A stretch of DNA of 64,000 bases, from the NCBI GenBank assembly GCA_026387455.1, contig JAPLLR010000043.1:9683-73682 (forward strand), given 5' to 3'. A program made the position numbers and the translations under genes. Under the pieces are notes generated by a model. It did no database searches. It worked only from the letters and a program-made list of their open reading frames with translations, and was not told the origin of the DNA. This DNA is from Candidatus Omnitrophota bacterium. GTDB taxonomy: Bacteria; Omnitrophota; Gorgyraeia; Gygaellales; Profunditerraquicolaceae. Positions 17,215 through 27,284 of this stretch are shown here, piece by piece; positions within the stretch are counted from its first letter, which is position 1, and each line of letters opens with the position of its first letter.

Positions 17215-18708
17215 TTGAGAATTCTTTTAAGTTCAATATGCCTTGAGACCGGCACAGATATACAGCTGGCGCTTTATTATTTAAAAGGTTTTCTTTTAAA
17301 ACAGTCGTCCCCGCAACACTTTTCCCCAAAAGTACAAATTAAAGTCTTTAACGAAAATCAAAGTATTTCTGACATCGCTAAACAGATTTTAAATTGTAAT
17401 CCGGACCTGGTAGGATTTTCTTGTTATCTTTGGAATATCCGTAAGACCTTGCAGGTAAGTCGTCAGTTAAAACGCTATGACGATTCGATAAAAATAGTCC
17501 TGGGAGGGCCGGAAGTGAGCCCCCGCGCAGAAGAGCTGCTCAAGATTAATAAATTCATTGATATAATTGTGAGGGGCGAGGGAGAAGAAGCTTTTGCGCA
17601 ATTGGCTAAGAGCTTGACTGTTGAAAACCCGGATTTGTCTCCGGTTAAGGGAATATCTTTTCGCCGGGGAAAATGTGTAATCAGCAATTCCGACAGGCTG
17701 AACTTGGCGGATATCTCGATCATTCCTTCGCCGTATCTAACAGGTTTAGTAAATCTTAAAGACAGGAATATCGTGGACATACCTTTGGAAACCACGCGCG
17801 GGTGTTCTTTTAGTTGCGGCTACTGTTATTATCATAAGGAGTTTTTGGGGTTAAGATTCATGCCGTTTTCCAGGGTCCAGAAAGAGTTTAAGATGATCCT
17901 TTCTCGAAAGCCGCGTGAGGTTTATCTGATGGACGCTACATTTAATTCCTGTCCTAAGAGGGCTAAGCGGATCCTGAAGCTGTTTATCAGGCATAACCGG
18001 GGCGCCAATCTTCACGTAGAGCTGAGGGCGGAGCTGGTTGATCCAGAGATGGCCAGGCTTCTATATCGGGCAAACGCTTACAATATAGAGATCGGCATTC
18101 AAAGCACGAATCCCAGGACTTTAAAAGCAGTCAACCGCCCGCTAAATATTGGTAAGTTTGTTCAGGGCATTCAGCTATTGAATAAATACAAGCTTTTTTA
18201 TGAGATTCAGCTCATCGATGCCTTGCCTTTTCAGAGTTTTAGCGGTCTGAAGAAATCTTTGGATTGGCTCTATGATTTACATCCGGCAAAGGTGAGTATT
18301 TTCCGTCTGAATTTGCTACCGGGGACAGTTTTACGCCAGCACGCTGCCAGATTCGGCATCAAGTATCAATCTCAGGCGCCTTATCGGGCGATTAAGAGCA
18401 GGGCTATGTCTAAGGCGGATCTAAAAAGAGTAGAGAAGATACAGTTTGCCATGGAGAGGCTTTACGACAGCCAGGTGTTTCAGAATACGCTTTACGCGTT
18501 GCGGGATAGGGCAGGGGTAAAGATTTCGCAAATCTTCGAGGATTGGTTAGTTTGGGAAGCCAAGCAGAAGATCCATGGCCCGAAATACCTTGATGAGCTT
18601 AACAAAAAGTCCCCGCAGTTTCTGGAATACTTTTGCCACAGGCATAGCAAAGCAGATCTCTATTATCGGCTCCTGCCCCAGCTTTTAAAAGACCTTCCCG
18701 GCTATTGA
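17215..18708 (+). CDS. B12-binding-domain radical SAM enzyme
   Basis: N-terminal B12-binding-like region, then TTRGCSFSCGYC (CxxxCxxC radical SAM motif). Confidence 0.75.
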   Translation: MRILLSSICLETGTDIQLALYYLKGFLLKQSSPQHFSPKVQIKVFNENQSISDIAKQILNCNPDLVGFSCYLWNIRKTLQVSRQLKRYDDSIKIVLGGPEVSPRAEELLKINKFIDIIVRGEGEEAFAQLAKSLTVENPDLSPVKGISFRRGKCVISNSDRLNLADISIIPSPYLTGLVNLKDRNIVDIPLETTRGCSFSCGYCYYHKEFLGLRFMPFSRVQKEFKMILSRKPREVYLMDATFNSCPKRAKRILKLFIRHNRGANLHVELRAELVDPEMARLLYRANAYNIEIGIQSTNPRTLKAVNRPLNIGKFVQGIQLLNKYKLFYEIQLIDALPFQSFSGLKKSLDWLYDLHPAKVSIFRLNLLPGTVLRQHAARFGIKYQSQAPYRAIKSRAMSKADLKRVEKIQFAMERLYDSQVFQNTLYALRDRAGVKISQIFEDWLVWEAKQKIHGPKYLDELNKKSPQFLEYFCHRHSKADLYYRLLPQLLKDLPGY

Positions 18709-18715
18709 TCGGTTG

Positions 18716-19498
18716 TTATTTTTTGGACTTACCCTGATTGGTAACTGAAGCGATAGCGCTGTTTAATTTCTCAGCGTCAGCAAGATAATAGTGTTTTATG
18801 GGTTTAAGATTCTGATCCAGCTCATAAACCAGTGGAATGCCGGTGGGAATATTCAGTCCTACAATTTCCTCATCAGAAACATTATCCAGGTATTTTACCA
18901 GCGCTCGAAGGCTGTTGCCGTGGGCGGCGATCAATACCTTTTTCCCGGATTTGATGGATGGCCCGATAGTTTCGTGCCAGTAAGGAAGAAAGCGCTCTAC
19001 TGTATCCTTGAGGCACTCGGTGAGCGGAACATCTTTGGGGGCAAGATTCTTGTAGCGCGCCTCATTGCCCGGCCAGCGCGCGTCAGTTTTCTCTAAGGGC
19101 GGAGGAGGGGTGTCGTAACTTCTGCGCCACACCAAGACCTGCTCTTCGCTGAATTTCTGAGCGGTTTCGGACTTGTTCAGGCCCTGCAAAGCGCCGTAAT
19201 GCCGTTCATTCAGGCGCCAGGAATTATATACCGGTATCCACATTTGGTCCATTTTGTCTAAGGTGATCCAAAGGGTGCGGATAGCTCTTTTTAATACCGA
19301 GGTGTAGGCTATATCAAATACAAAGCCTTCTTTTTTTAAGGCTTCTCCGGATTCGGATGCTTCTTGCAGGCCTTTCTCCGATAAGTCTACATCTGTCCAG
19401 CCGGTAAAACGATTTTCTTTGTTCCAGGTGCTTTCTCCGTGCCTTAAGAGTACAAGTTTTATATTATTCATAAAAGTCTCCTTATTAGTGTTTAACAA
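18716..19498 (-). CDS. gpmA: 2,3-bisphosphoglycerate-dependent phosphoglycerate mutase
   Basis: [29 protein letters not shown]...HGNSLRAL; the only convincing minus-strand gene. Confidence 0.95.
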   Translation of the reverse strand: MLNTNKETFMNNIKLVLLRHGESTWNKENRFTGWTDVDLSEKGLQEASESGEALKKEGFVFDIAYTSVLKRAIRTLWITLDKMDQMWIPVYNSWRLNERHYGALQGLNKSETAQKFSEEQVLVWRRSYDTPPPPLEKTDARWPGNEARYKNLAPKDVPLTECLKDTVERFLPYWHETIGPSIKSGKKVLIAAHGNSLRALVKYLDNVSDEEIVGLNIPTGIPLVYELDQNLKPIKHYYLADAEKLNSAIASVTNQGKSKK

Positions 19499-19597
19499 AG
19501 CAGGAGAACATTATATATCCAATACTATATTAGTAAATAGAAAATTTCCCTCTGATTTTGCTTGGGGATTTGGGTATTTAGAGGTATAATTCTTTAT

Positions 19598-20683
19598 ATG
19601 GAAATTACCGTTTTGATCATCGGAATTGTTGCGGGAGCGGCTATTGGATTTATCGCGGGGTACTTCTTTGCCAGGGCAAAGCAGGCCCAGCCTGCTGATC
19701 TATCTTCAATGGCCAATCTTGGGGTGCAGTTAGCGGAGTTTAAAGCCAAGTTCTCCGAGATGGAAAATTCAAGATCTGCTTTTGAGAAGGAAAGAGAGCT
19801 TAGGATCAAGGAGTGGATGGAGAGCAATAACAGGATGTTTAGAGAAATCAGCGAGAAAAACGATATCTCTGCCGGCGAGAAGGAAAAGCGCATTCAGGAG
19901 TTGATGAGCGCTACCAGAAAATTTTTTGATGAGCAAAAAGGTTCTACTGAGAAATTCCTACAGGAGCAAGGCAGAGGTCAGCAGGAAGTTGAGCGGCAGA
20001 GAAACGCGCAGCTTGAAGATATGAGGGGCCTGATCCAGAACTTTACCCGTACGGTTTCCGGCACTAAGACGCGCGGCATGGTGGGCGAGGAGATACTTAG
20101 GGATGTTTTGCATAACTCTATTCAGGCGGGCGTAGTAGTTACTAATCTTCGGACTGATAACGGAGAAGTGGAGTTTGCCTGGAAGTTGGACGCCAATAAG
20201 TATATTCCAATTGATGCCAAGCTTCCCGATGTCTTTGAGCTGGTGGAAAAATATAACGCCGCCTTAAATATTGACCAGCAAAAGGCCTATAAAAAAGAGA
20301 TAGTTGAGAAGATCAAAAAAGAGATCAAGAGTGTACAGAAGTATCAGAATCTGAGCAACACCATAGATAACTGCATGCTGGTGGCTCCGCCTGCGGCAGT
20401 AGAGATCGCCCCTGAGATCATTAGCATAGGCAATGAATCCAATGTGTTTGTCTGTACTTATAAGGATGTTTTCCCGATAGCCCATGTCTTGCAGGAGCAG
20501 TACGCCCGCCTGAAAGAAGAGGGAGACGTGGGGAAATATAAGTTATTGATAAAGTCGCTATTTCAGATACTTGAGAAAATAAACTCTAAGACCGATACCA
20601 TCAGGACCGCTATAACCCAGATCACCAATGCCACTGATTCCATAAGGGAGGAAGTAGCAAAGGCTAGGATCCAGCAGGAGTAA
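19598..20683 (+). CDS. rmuC: DNA recombination protein RmuC
   Basis: N-terminal TM helix, long coiled coil, RmuC C-terminal domain. Start placed at the ATG at 19598 immediately after a TATAAT box (possibly leaderless); the ORF track starts at 19562. Confidence 0.75.
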   Translation: MEITVLIIGIVAGAAIGFIAGYFFARAKQAQPADLSSMANLGVQLAEFKAKFSEMENSRSAFEKERELRIKEWMESNNRMFREISEKNDISAGEKEKRIQELMSATRKFFDEQKGSTEKFLQEQGRGQQEVERQRNAQLEDMRGLIQNFTRTVSGTKTRGMVGEEILRDVLHNSIQAGVVVTNLRTDNGEVEFAWKLDANKYIPIDAKLPDVFELVEKYNAALNIDQQKAYKKEIVEKIKKEIKSVQKYQNLSNTIDNCMLVAPPAAVEIAPEIISIGNESNVFVCTYKDVFPIAHVLQEQYARLKEEGDVGKYKLLIKSLFQILEKINSKTDTIRTAITQITNATDSIREEVAKARIQQE

Positions 20684-20690
20684 TGTAGCC

Positions 20691-21041
20691 ATGAATAGTA
20701 AAATAGTTTTTATTGTTGTGGTTTTAGTTTTGATCGCCGCGTCAATAGTATATGCTGTGGAATCAGTTAATGTTTCAGGAGTGAACCTTGCGCTTATTGA
20801 AGGAGCGGTGCATTCCGGGAATACGGGGATAGGTAACGCTAGCGTAGAGACCTTTACCATCAGCAAGCCTTTGGCTGAAGTAGTGGCGTTTTATTCGGTT
20901 TATTTTAAGAATAACGGATTTTTGATCATCGGCGGAGAAGATTCTTCCGGATTTAACGCTTCGGTAAAGAAAGATAGTTCGATGTTCACAGTCAAGATTT
21001 TTGTCGAAAATGGAAAGACTATTCTGCAGTTTGTATGGTAA
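20691..21041 (+). CDS. Small secreted or membrane-anchored hypothetical protein
   Basis: 116 aa with an N-terminal signal/TM segment. Confidence 0.4.
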   Translation: MNSKIVFIVVVLVLIAASIVYAVESVNVSGVNLALIEGAVHSGNTGIGNASVETFTISKPLAEVVAFYSVYFKNNGFLIIGGEDSSGFNASVKKDSSMFTVKIFVENGKTILQFVW

Positions 21042-21808
21042 AGCCGCTTAAGGGCATTACACTTCTTATTTTTCTTCTGGTTTTATCCGGGTGCGCTACC
21101 CTGTATAATCCTGCCACCGGAAGAAACGAAATGATCTTTCTTAATAGCCAGACAGAAGTTTCTATCGGCGAAAGCGTAATCCCAGAATTCTTAAGCAAGC
21201 ATTCTCTTTCCAATGACCAGGTTTTAAATGAACGGTTGCGTAGAATTGGCGGCAGGCTGGCTAATGCCTCTGACCGTCAGGATATCCTTTACAAATTTTA
21301 CGTACTGCAGGATTTAGAGCTCAATGCTATGACCTTGCCCGGAGGTATTGTCTACGTTAATCAGGGGCTGATGAAGATCCTTAACGACGATGAGTTGGCT
21401 TATGTCGTGGGGCATGAAGTGGGTCACGTGGCTGCCCGGCATATCGCTAAGAAGCTGCAGGCGAATATGGCTTATCAGCTGTTGTTGGGGGTTGCCTTTG
21501 CCGGTTTTGGGGACAGCTCCGGAAGTAGTGCTTCCAATGTAGCGCAGGGGGTGGATGCGGTTTATAATCTTGTCTCGCTCGGCTACAGCCGTAAAGACGA
21601 GTATGAGGCAGATCGTCTGGGGGCTAAGTATTCTTTCAAGTCAGGATTTAATCCCTGGAGTTCGCTTACTGCGCTTGAGAAGATTAAGGTTGAAGAGGGG
21701 CCAAACTGGAAAGTGATGGGGTATTTCAGGACCCATCCGTATGTTGAAGACCGTGTTGCGGCGTTAAAAGTGGTGATTCCGGAAGTAGAGAAGGGAGTGA
21801 TCAATTAA
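21035..21808 (+). CDS. M48-family zinc metallopeptidase (lipoprotein)
   Basis: Signal peptide with LSGC lipobox; HEVGHVAARH zinc motif and downstream E; BepA/LoiP-like. Confidence 0.8.
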   Translation: MVKPLKGITLLIFLLVLSGCATLYNPATGRNEMIFLNSQTEVSIGESVIPEFLSKHSLSNDQVLNERLRRIGGRLANASDRQDILYKFYVLQDLELNAMTLPGGIVYVNQGLMKILNDDELAYVVGHEVGHVAARHIAKKLQANMAYQLLLGVAFAGFGDSSGSSASNVAQGVDAVYNLVSLGYSRKDEYEADRLGAKYSFKSGFNPWSSLTALEKIKVEEGPNWKVMGYFRTHPYVEDRVAALKVVIPEVEKGVIN

Positions 21809-21811
21809 GCT

Positions 21812-22588
21812 ATGAATAAAATTAGATTATTGTTGATCGGCGTCTTGGTGAGCGGTTTATTTATGACTAGCGCATTTGCCAGGCAGGCGCCGATAACATT
21901 TAGGAACACCGGAGAATTGCAGAAAGATATAAACAGCGGCAAGACCGTGATGTTCATCTTTCCTCATCCGGATGACGAGGCCTGGGTTGCCGGGACTCTT
22001 GTTTTGGTCGCTGGAGATAAGGGTACATTCTGCTATGTGTGCTGCCTGGGCTCGGTGGCAAATGTCAGGGCGGAGAATATCGACGTTCCCTCAAGACTTC
22101 AGGCTATCCGCTGGCTGACTAAGACGTATCTGCGCGATTACATCTTTCTGGATAACAACTTCACCTCTATTACCCCGAAAATGCTTATGGCCATTAAACC
22201 CAAGCTCATCGAGACCATAGAGGACAAGAAACCGGAGATCATCGTTACATTTTCTCCTGCCGGTTATGATGGTAACCACAACCACAGGATGGTCTCAAAG
22301 CTGGTGGGCGAAGCGTATTACTCTTTGAGTTACAAGCCAAAGCTTTATTACGTGATAAATATCGACCAGGAGCTGCAGATGAAAGTCCGCGAATACCGCA
22401 AGTATCCACCTACGGATATTATTGACCTGGATGTGTTCTCCGAGAAGATGGGCAAAACTCTTTGGGACGCCAAGCTTGAAATCTGGCGCCGTTACAGCGA
22501 TTCTAGTCCCGCTCTCATGGGCATTACTGCCCGCACCAAGCGCCTGGAAAACAACGATCACAAAGAGTACTTTATGAAAGTGCATTAG
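21812..22588 (+). CDS. PIG-L / LmbE-family deacetylase, secreted
   Basis: Signal peptide; MFIFPHPDDEAWVAG (HPDDE motif) and a downstream H-containing motif. Confidence 0.75.
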   Translation: MNKIRLLLIGVLVSGLFMTSAFARQAPITFRNTGELQKDINSGKTVMFIFPHPDDEAWVAGTLVLVAGDKGTFCYVCCLGSVANVRAENIDVPSRLQAIRWLTKTYLRDYIFLDNNFTSITPKMLMAIKPKLIETIEDKKPEIIVTFSPAGYDGNHNHRMVSKLVGEAYYSLSYKPKLYYVINIDQELQMKVREYRKYPPTDIIDLDVFSEKMGKTLWDAKLEIWRRYSDSSPALMGITARTKRLENNDHKEYFMKVH

Positions 22589-22602
22589 GGGGCTCAAAGA
22601 TC

Positions 22603-23838
22603 ATGGAAAAAGCCGCTTCTAAACAGTTCGTCGCGGGCAGCTGCTATTCTTATGTTATTTCTTCAAAAGGCGAGGCCATTGTCATTGATCCGCATATTAG
22701 CCTGCTTGGAGATTACAGGGTATATTTGCGTAAGAATAAATTACAGCTAAAGCATATTATCGACACACATACTCACGCCGACCATTTTTCTCTAGCCGTG
22801 GTGCTTAAAAAGGAATTCGGCGCTAAAGTTTTGATGCATGAAAAAGCTATTTCTGAGGTTGCTGACGTTAGACTTAAGGATAATGACGAGATTAGTGTTG
22901 GGGTAGTGAAGGTTCGGGTAATATATGCGCCCGGTCATACTGACGATACGGTTAATCTTTATTGCGAGGGCAGGCTGTTTACCGCAGATATGCTTTTAAT
23001 CGGCAGTGTGGGCAGGACGGACTTTCAGAACGGGTCGCCAGAATCGATGTTTGACACTTTGCAAAAGATAAAGGCTCTGCCGGATAGTACGGTTATTTTT
23101 CCGGGGCATGATTATCATGAAAAGAAATCCTCTACGCTAGGTGCTGAAAAGAAAACAAACCCTTTTATGCTGGCTTTAGATAAAGAGGTGTTTACGCGGG
23201 ATATGCGGCTTAAAAAGATCCCCAAGCCATTTAATATTGATAATATCGTCCGGGTCAACCAGAAAGGGCAGGCGGTATCTTTGTTGATGATTTCTCCTGC
23301 AGACGCTATGGCGGCAGCTGCCAAAGATCTTAATATAAAGCTGTTGGATGTCCGTTCGGTGCTTGAGTTTGGCCAGTCTCACATCAAGGATTCACTTAAT
23401 GTGCCTATCGATATTCTGAGCCTTAAGCTTAATGAGCTTGCGCAATCAAACCAGTCGTATATCGTGCTCTGCCGTACCGGCAACCGTTCTCCCATGGCTG
23501 CGGATATGCTTATTCAATCCGGCATACGGAATGTCAGAGTGATGGAAGGCGGTTTGACGCGGTGGCAGAAAGAAAGGCTTCCGGTTATAAAGGGCGAGGG
23601 GGGTATTTCTCTTGAGCGGCAGGTGCGTATTATTGCCGGCTCATTAGTACTTTTGGGAATTCTGCTGGCCTGGCTGGTGAGCGGTGCGTTCATATTTCTT
23701 TCAATATTTGTCTCTTGCGGCTTGATTTTTGCCGGGCTGACTGACGCTTGTCTTATGGGCATGCTTTTGATGAAGCTCCCCTTTAATAAGAAATTATATA
23801 AGACAAAGTCTGGCGGCGGCACCTGTGCCATGGGTTAA
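22603..23838 (+). CDS. MBL-fold hydrolase (persulfide-dioxygenase-like), rhodanese domain and C-terminal DUF2892 membrane domain, fused
   Basis: HTHADH metallo-beta-lactamase motif; rhodanese active-site loop LCRTGNRS; two C-terminal TM helices of YgaP/DUF2892 type. Confidence 0.75.
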   Translation: MEKAASKQFVAGSCYSYVISSKGEAIVIDPHISLLGDYRVYLRKNKLQLKHIIDTHTHADHFSLAVVLKKEFGAKVLMHEKAISEVADVRLKDNDEISVGVVKVRVIYAPGHTDDTVNLYCEGRLFTADMLLIGSVGRTDFQNGSPESMFDTLQKIKALPDSTVIFPGHDYHEKKSSTLGAEKKTNPFMLALDKEVFTRDMRLKKIPKPFNIDNIVRVNQKGQAVSLLMISPADAMAAAAKDLNIKLLDVRSVLEFGQSHIKDSLNVPIDILSLKLNELAQSNQSYIVLCRTGNRSPMAADMLIQSGIRNVRVMEGGLTRWQKERLPVIKGEGGISLERQVRIIAGSLVLLGILLAWLVSGAFIFLSIFVSCGLIFAGLTDACLMGMLLMKLPFNKKLYKTKSGGGTCAMG

Positions 23839-23889
23839 TCAGGAGAATATCGATGAAACCAAGGATACGATTAACGTAATTTCATAAAT

Positions 23890-23940
23890 ACACCTGGCTT
23901 TAAAGGATAGGCCAGTGTTCCGCTTTCTGCGGAAGGAGGT
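23890..23940 (+). promoter_or_regulatory. Second copy of the conserved two-hairpin leader motif, 5 nt before the lemA ATG
   Basis: ACACCTGGCTTTAAAGGATAGGCCAGTGTTCCGCTTTCTGCGGAAGGAGGT; see 11470-11520. Confidence 0.55.
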
Positions 23941-23945
23941 GGCTA

Positions 23946-24509
23946 ATGTTATTAATCGGTTTAGGAGTTTTAGCAGTTGTGCTGGTGCTAGTGTATTTGG
24001 CGTTCTACAACACCATGATCTCAAAGAAGAATCAGGTTACTAACGTATTCGCTACCATTGACGCGCTTCTGAAGAAGCGTTTCGATCTGATCCCTAACCT
24101 GATTTCAAGCTGCCAAACCTATATGAATTATGAGAAAGGCACGCTTACTCAGATCACCGAGTTACGTACAAAAGCTATTTCTGGAAATCTTTCTGATGAC
24201 CAAAAGGTAGACTTGGAGAACCAGATGACCAAGCTTTTAGGCGGGATTAAAATCGCTTTTGAGAATTATCCTGATCTTAAAGCTAGCCAGAATTTTCTGC
24301 AACTGCAGGCAGCGCTTAACGAAGTCGAAGAGCAGATATCAGCTGCCCGGCGCGCCTATAACGCCTCGGTTACCGATTATAATAATGCTGTTGAGATGTT
24401 TCCTACCAACATGATCGCTTCTTCCATGGGCCTTGCCCAGAAAAAAGTCTTTGAGGTGCCTGAGGAAGAGCGTAAAAATGTCAACGTAGGGGAGCTGTTT
24501 AAGAAATAA
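23946..24509 (+). CDS. lemA: LemA-family membrane protein
   Basis: N-terminal TM helix followed by NTMISKKNQV...KKRFDLIPNL, a typical LemA N-terminal region. Confidence 0.85.
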   Translation: MLLIGLGVLAVVLVLVYLAFYNTMISKKNQVTNVFATIDALLKKRFDLIPNLISSCQTYMNYEKGTLTQITELRTKAISGNLSDDQKVDLENQMTKLLGGIKIAFENYPDLKASQNFLQLQAALNEVEEQISAARRAYNASVTDYNNAVEMFPTNMIASSMGLAQKKVFEVPEEERKNVNVGELFKK

Positions 24510-24511
24510 AT

Positions 24512-25468
24512 ATGAAGTCAGCCGAAGAATTCGCTAAATTCTTTGAGACTTCCCTGCAAGTGCCGCTGGCTGAGCTTGAGCAGAAAAGAAAGCAGATAGT
24601 TTTTAATATCTGGATTTCTTTGCTGGTGGCGTTTGGGGTATTAAGCCTCCTTTCTATATTTATCGGCTCTGCCGCGCTGATAATATTCCCCATTGCCGCG
24701 CTGATAGTTTTTCTAATCGTTCGATTCGGCTTTACCAAGAATTATGTTCAGGAGTTTAAGGATAAGGTCATCCGCTCCATTGTGGCTTTTATCGACCCCA
24801 GCCTTAATTACCGAAGTGATGGTTTTATTCCGATGGATACTTTCATGAGTAGTGAAATATTCAAGGTGTATCCTGACCGTTACAATGGGGATGATTTTGT
24901 GTCGGGAATCGTAGGCAAGACACAAGTAACTTTTTCCGAGCTGCACGCGGAGTATAAAACAGAGACTACTGATAAGGATGGCCACAGGCAGGAGTATTGG
25001 CACACTATTTTTAAAGGTTTGCTTGTTATCGCTGATTTCAATAAGAATTTTGAGGGAAAAACTGTAGTTCTGCCTGATACCGCGGAGCGGCTTTTTGGAG
25101 GTTTTGGCAAGATGTTACAATCTTGGAACCTGATGCGTGGCCAACTGATACAGCTGGAAGATCCGGAATTTGAGAAGTTATTCGCGGTGTATGGCGATAA
25201 TCAAGTAGAGGCGCGATATATTTTATCGACCAGCCTGATGAAAAGAATAGTGGATTTTAAGAACAAAAGCGGCAAGCAGATCTATTTGTCTTTTGTTGGC
25301 TCAAGGATTTACGTAGCTATATCGTATTCTAAAAGCTTATTTGAGCCGCGTGTTTTTAAGACGCTTTTGGATATCCGCCCGGCACAGGAATATTTTACCG
25401 ACCTGGAATTGGCTCTCGGAGTAGTCGATGACCTTAATCTGAATACGAGGATTTGGAGTAAGCAATAG
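24512..25468 (+). CDS. DUF3137-like membrane protein (the usual LemA partner)
   Basis: Two TM helices after an N-terminal helix; conserved gene pairing with lemA; family assigned from architecture and context. Confidence 0.55.
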   Translation: MKSAEEFAKFFETSLQVPLAELEQKRKQIVFNIWISLLVAFGVLSLLSIFIGSAALIIFPIAALIVFLIVRFGFTKNYVQEFKDKVIRSIVAFIDPSLNYRSDGFIPMDTFMSSEIFKVYPDRYNGDDFVSGIVGKTQVTFSELHAEYKTETTDKDGHRQEYWHTIFKGLLVIADFNKNFEGKTVVLPDTAERLFGGFGKMLQSWNLMRGQLIQLEDPEFEKLFAVYGDNQVEARYILSTSLMKRIVDFKNKSGKQIYLSFVGSRIYVAISYSKSLFEPRVFKTLLDIRPAQEYFTDLELALGVVDDLNLNTRIWSKQ

Positions 25469-25543
25469 ATTGGGGTGGAATATATATTTCTCTGTATAAA
25501 TTTGTGGTATACTGTATAAATAAATAATTTAACGGAGGTAAGA

Positions 25544-25747
25544 ATGAGAATCAAGAATAGTGTAGCTTTTGCTTCGATTATCATTTTTATTATTTGCGTA
25601 TATTCCTTTCTTTTGGGGAATAATGTGTTTGAAGGAAAATTTGAGAATGAGCCTATTCCCTGGTATTTTTTGGCTAAGGGTTTATTTTGTGGCATAGCGC
25701 TATATCTATTGGCTATCATCGCCGAGAAACTGACTGATAAGAAATAA
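25544..25747 (+). CDS. Small membrane protein
   Basis: 67 aa, two hydrophobic helices. Confidence 0.4.
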   Translation: MRIKNSVAFASIIIFIICVYSFLLGNNVFEGKFENEPIPWYFLAKGLFCGIALYLLAIIAEKLTDKK

Positions 25748-25753
25748 AACATA

Positions 25754-26167
25754 ATGCATATTTTCGAGAAATTGCCTTCCCGCCTAGAAATGATCCCCCC
25801 ACTTGTTCAGGCGGTAATAGAAAAATTAGAAAAATCCGGCCTTTCAAAGGAAAAGCTTTTTGATGTGAAGCTTTGTCTTGATGAGGCGCTGGTCAATGCT
25901 GTTAAGCATGGCAATAAATTCAGCCCGGAGCATCATGTGGAGGTAGAGGCTGAGATTACTGGCGATAGTCTGATTATCCAGGTAAGGGATCGGGGGCAGG
26001 GATTTGATTATACTAAGATACCTAATCCTACCGAGAAAAGTAACCTTGAGAAGAATCACGGCCGGGGGGTATTTTTGATCAAAACGCTGATGGATAAAGT
26101 TGAACATTTCGATTCTGGCCGCACCATAAAGATGGTTAAATTTATAAAAAACGGGGGTAAAAAGTGA
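25754..26167 (+). CDS. Anti-sigma regulatory factor, Ser/Thr kinase (RsbW/SpoIIAB-like HATPase)
   Basis: LDEALVNAVKHGN (N-box), DRGQGFD (G1), GRGVFLIKTLMD (G2). Confidence 0.8.
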   Translation: MHIFEKLPSRLEMIPPLVQAVIEKLEKSGLSKEKLFDVKLCLDEALVNAVKHGNKFSPEHHVEVEAEITGDSLIIQVRDRGQGFDYTKIPNPTEKSNLEKNHGRGVFLIKTLMDKVEHFDSGRTIKMVKFIKNGGKK

Positions 26168-26496
26168 AGATCAGAGAAGAGCGGATCGGTGGCGCGGTAA
26201 TCTGTTTTCTAGAGGGCGAGATCAATATCAATAATTCTCCTGAATTGCGCAAAGCCTTTGATGGGATCATTGCTAAGAACGAGAAGAAAGTGGCGGTGAA
26301 CTTTTCAGGGGTCAACTATATCGACAGCTCCGGCCTTGCCACGCTAATAGAGATGTTTCAGCGCCTGAAAAAGATCGGGGGAGCTTTGCGTTTTTGCAAC
26401 ATGGAGCAGAAAATTAAGAACGTATTTGAGATTACTAAGCTGCACAAGTTGTTTGAGATATTTGATACGCAGGAGAACGCGCTAAAGGACTTTTAA
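26164..26496 (+). CDS. STAS-domain anti-sigma-factor antagonist (SpoIIAA/RsbV-like)
   Basis: 110 aa; the conserved phosphorylatable serine context NYIDSSGLATLIEM. Confidence 0.8.
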   Translation: MKIREERIGGAVICFLEGEININNSPELRKAFDGIIAKNEKKVAVNFSGVNYIDSSGLATLIEMFQRLKKIGGALRFCNMEQKIKNVFEITKLHKLFEIFDTQENALKDF

Positions 26497-27284
26497 TGAT
26501 CAATGCTTTGGGAAAATTCGTCATAGACTATCTGAAATGGGTAAAGGGCGTGGTAATCCTTTTTATGGATATCCTTTATTGGACTTTTATCGGTCCGTTC
26601 AAGGGTAAGGCCGCGCACCGCGAGGCGATTTTTTACCAGATGAGTTTTGTGGGCGTGCGCTCCATTATTATAGTATTTTTTGTGGATATATTCACCGGTA
26701 TCGTTATCGCCATGCAGACCGCGTATCAATTTGAGAAGATGGGCGCGGGTATTTACGTGGCAGCACTTGTAGCTATCGCCTTGTGCCGCGAGCTTAGCCC
26801 GGTCTTGACCGCGCTGGTAGTGGCTGGGCGCGTGGGCTCGGCGATCGCCGCGGAGTTGGGTACTATGAAAGTCAGCGAGCAGATCGAAGCACTGGACACC
26901 ATGGCCATCAACCCGGTGAGGTTCTTGGCTGTTCCCAGATTTCTTGCTTTATTGTTGATGCTGCCGTGTTTAACAATTCTCGGTGATATCGCCGGCATTA
27001 TCGGCGGCTATATCGTTGGCAACGGCACGCTGCATATCAATACTGATCTGTATTTTCAGACCACATTCAAATATCTTAAGTGTAAAGATATCTATACGGG
27101 TTTGATCAAGTCGGGGGTATTCGCGGTGATCATCGCGCTTATCGGTTGTTTTGAGGGCCTGAATACCCGCGGTGGAGCAGAGGGTGTGGGAAGGGGAACC
27201 ACCCGAAGCGTGGTTATTAGCTTTATCCTGATAATTCTGGCCGATTGTATTTTAACCGCGTTTTTCTATTTTTCAAAAGTATGA
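26496..27284 (+). CDS. mlaE: Mla-type ABC transporter permease
   Basis: Polytopic permease with a C-terminal EG-x-x-RGGAEGVG motif. Confidence 0.85.
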   Translation: MINALGKFVIDYLKWVKGVVILFMDILYWTFIGPFKGKAAHREAIFYQMSFVGVRSIIIVFFVDIFTGIVIAMQTAYQFEKMGAGIYVAALVAIALCRELSPVLTALVVAGRVGSAIAAELGTMKVSEQIEALDTMAINPVRFLAVPRFLALLLMLPCLTILGDIAGIIGGYIVGNGTLHINTDLYFQTTFKYLKCKDIYTGLIKSGVFAVIIALIGCFEGLNTRGGAEGVGRGTTRSVVISFILIILADCILTAFFYFSKV

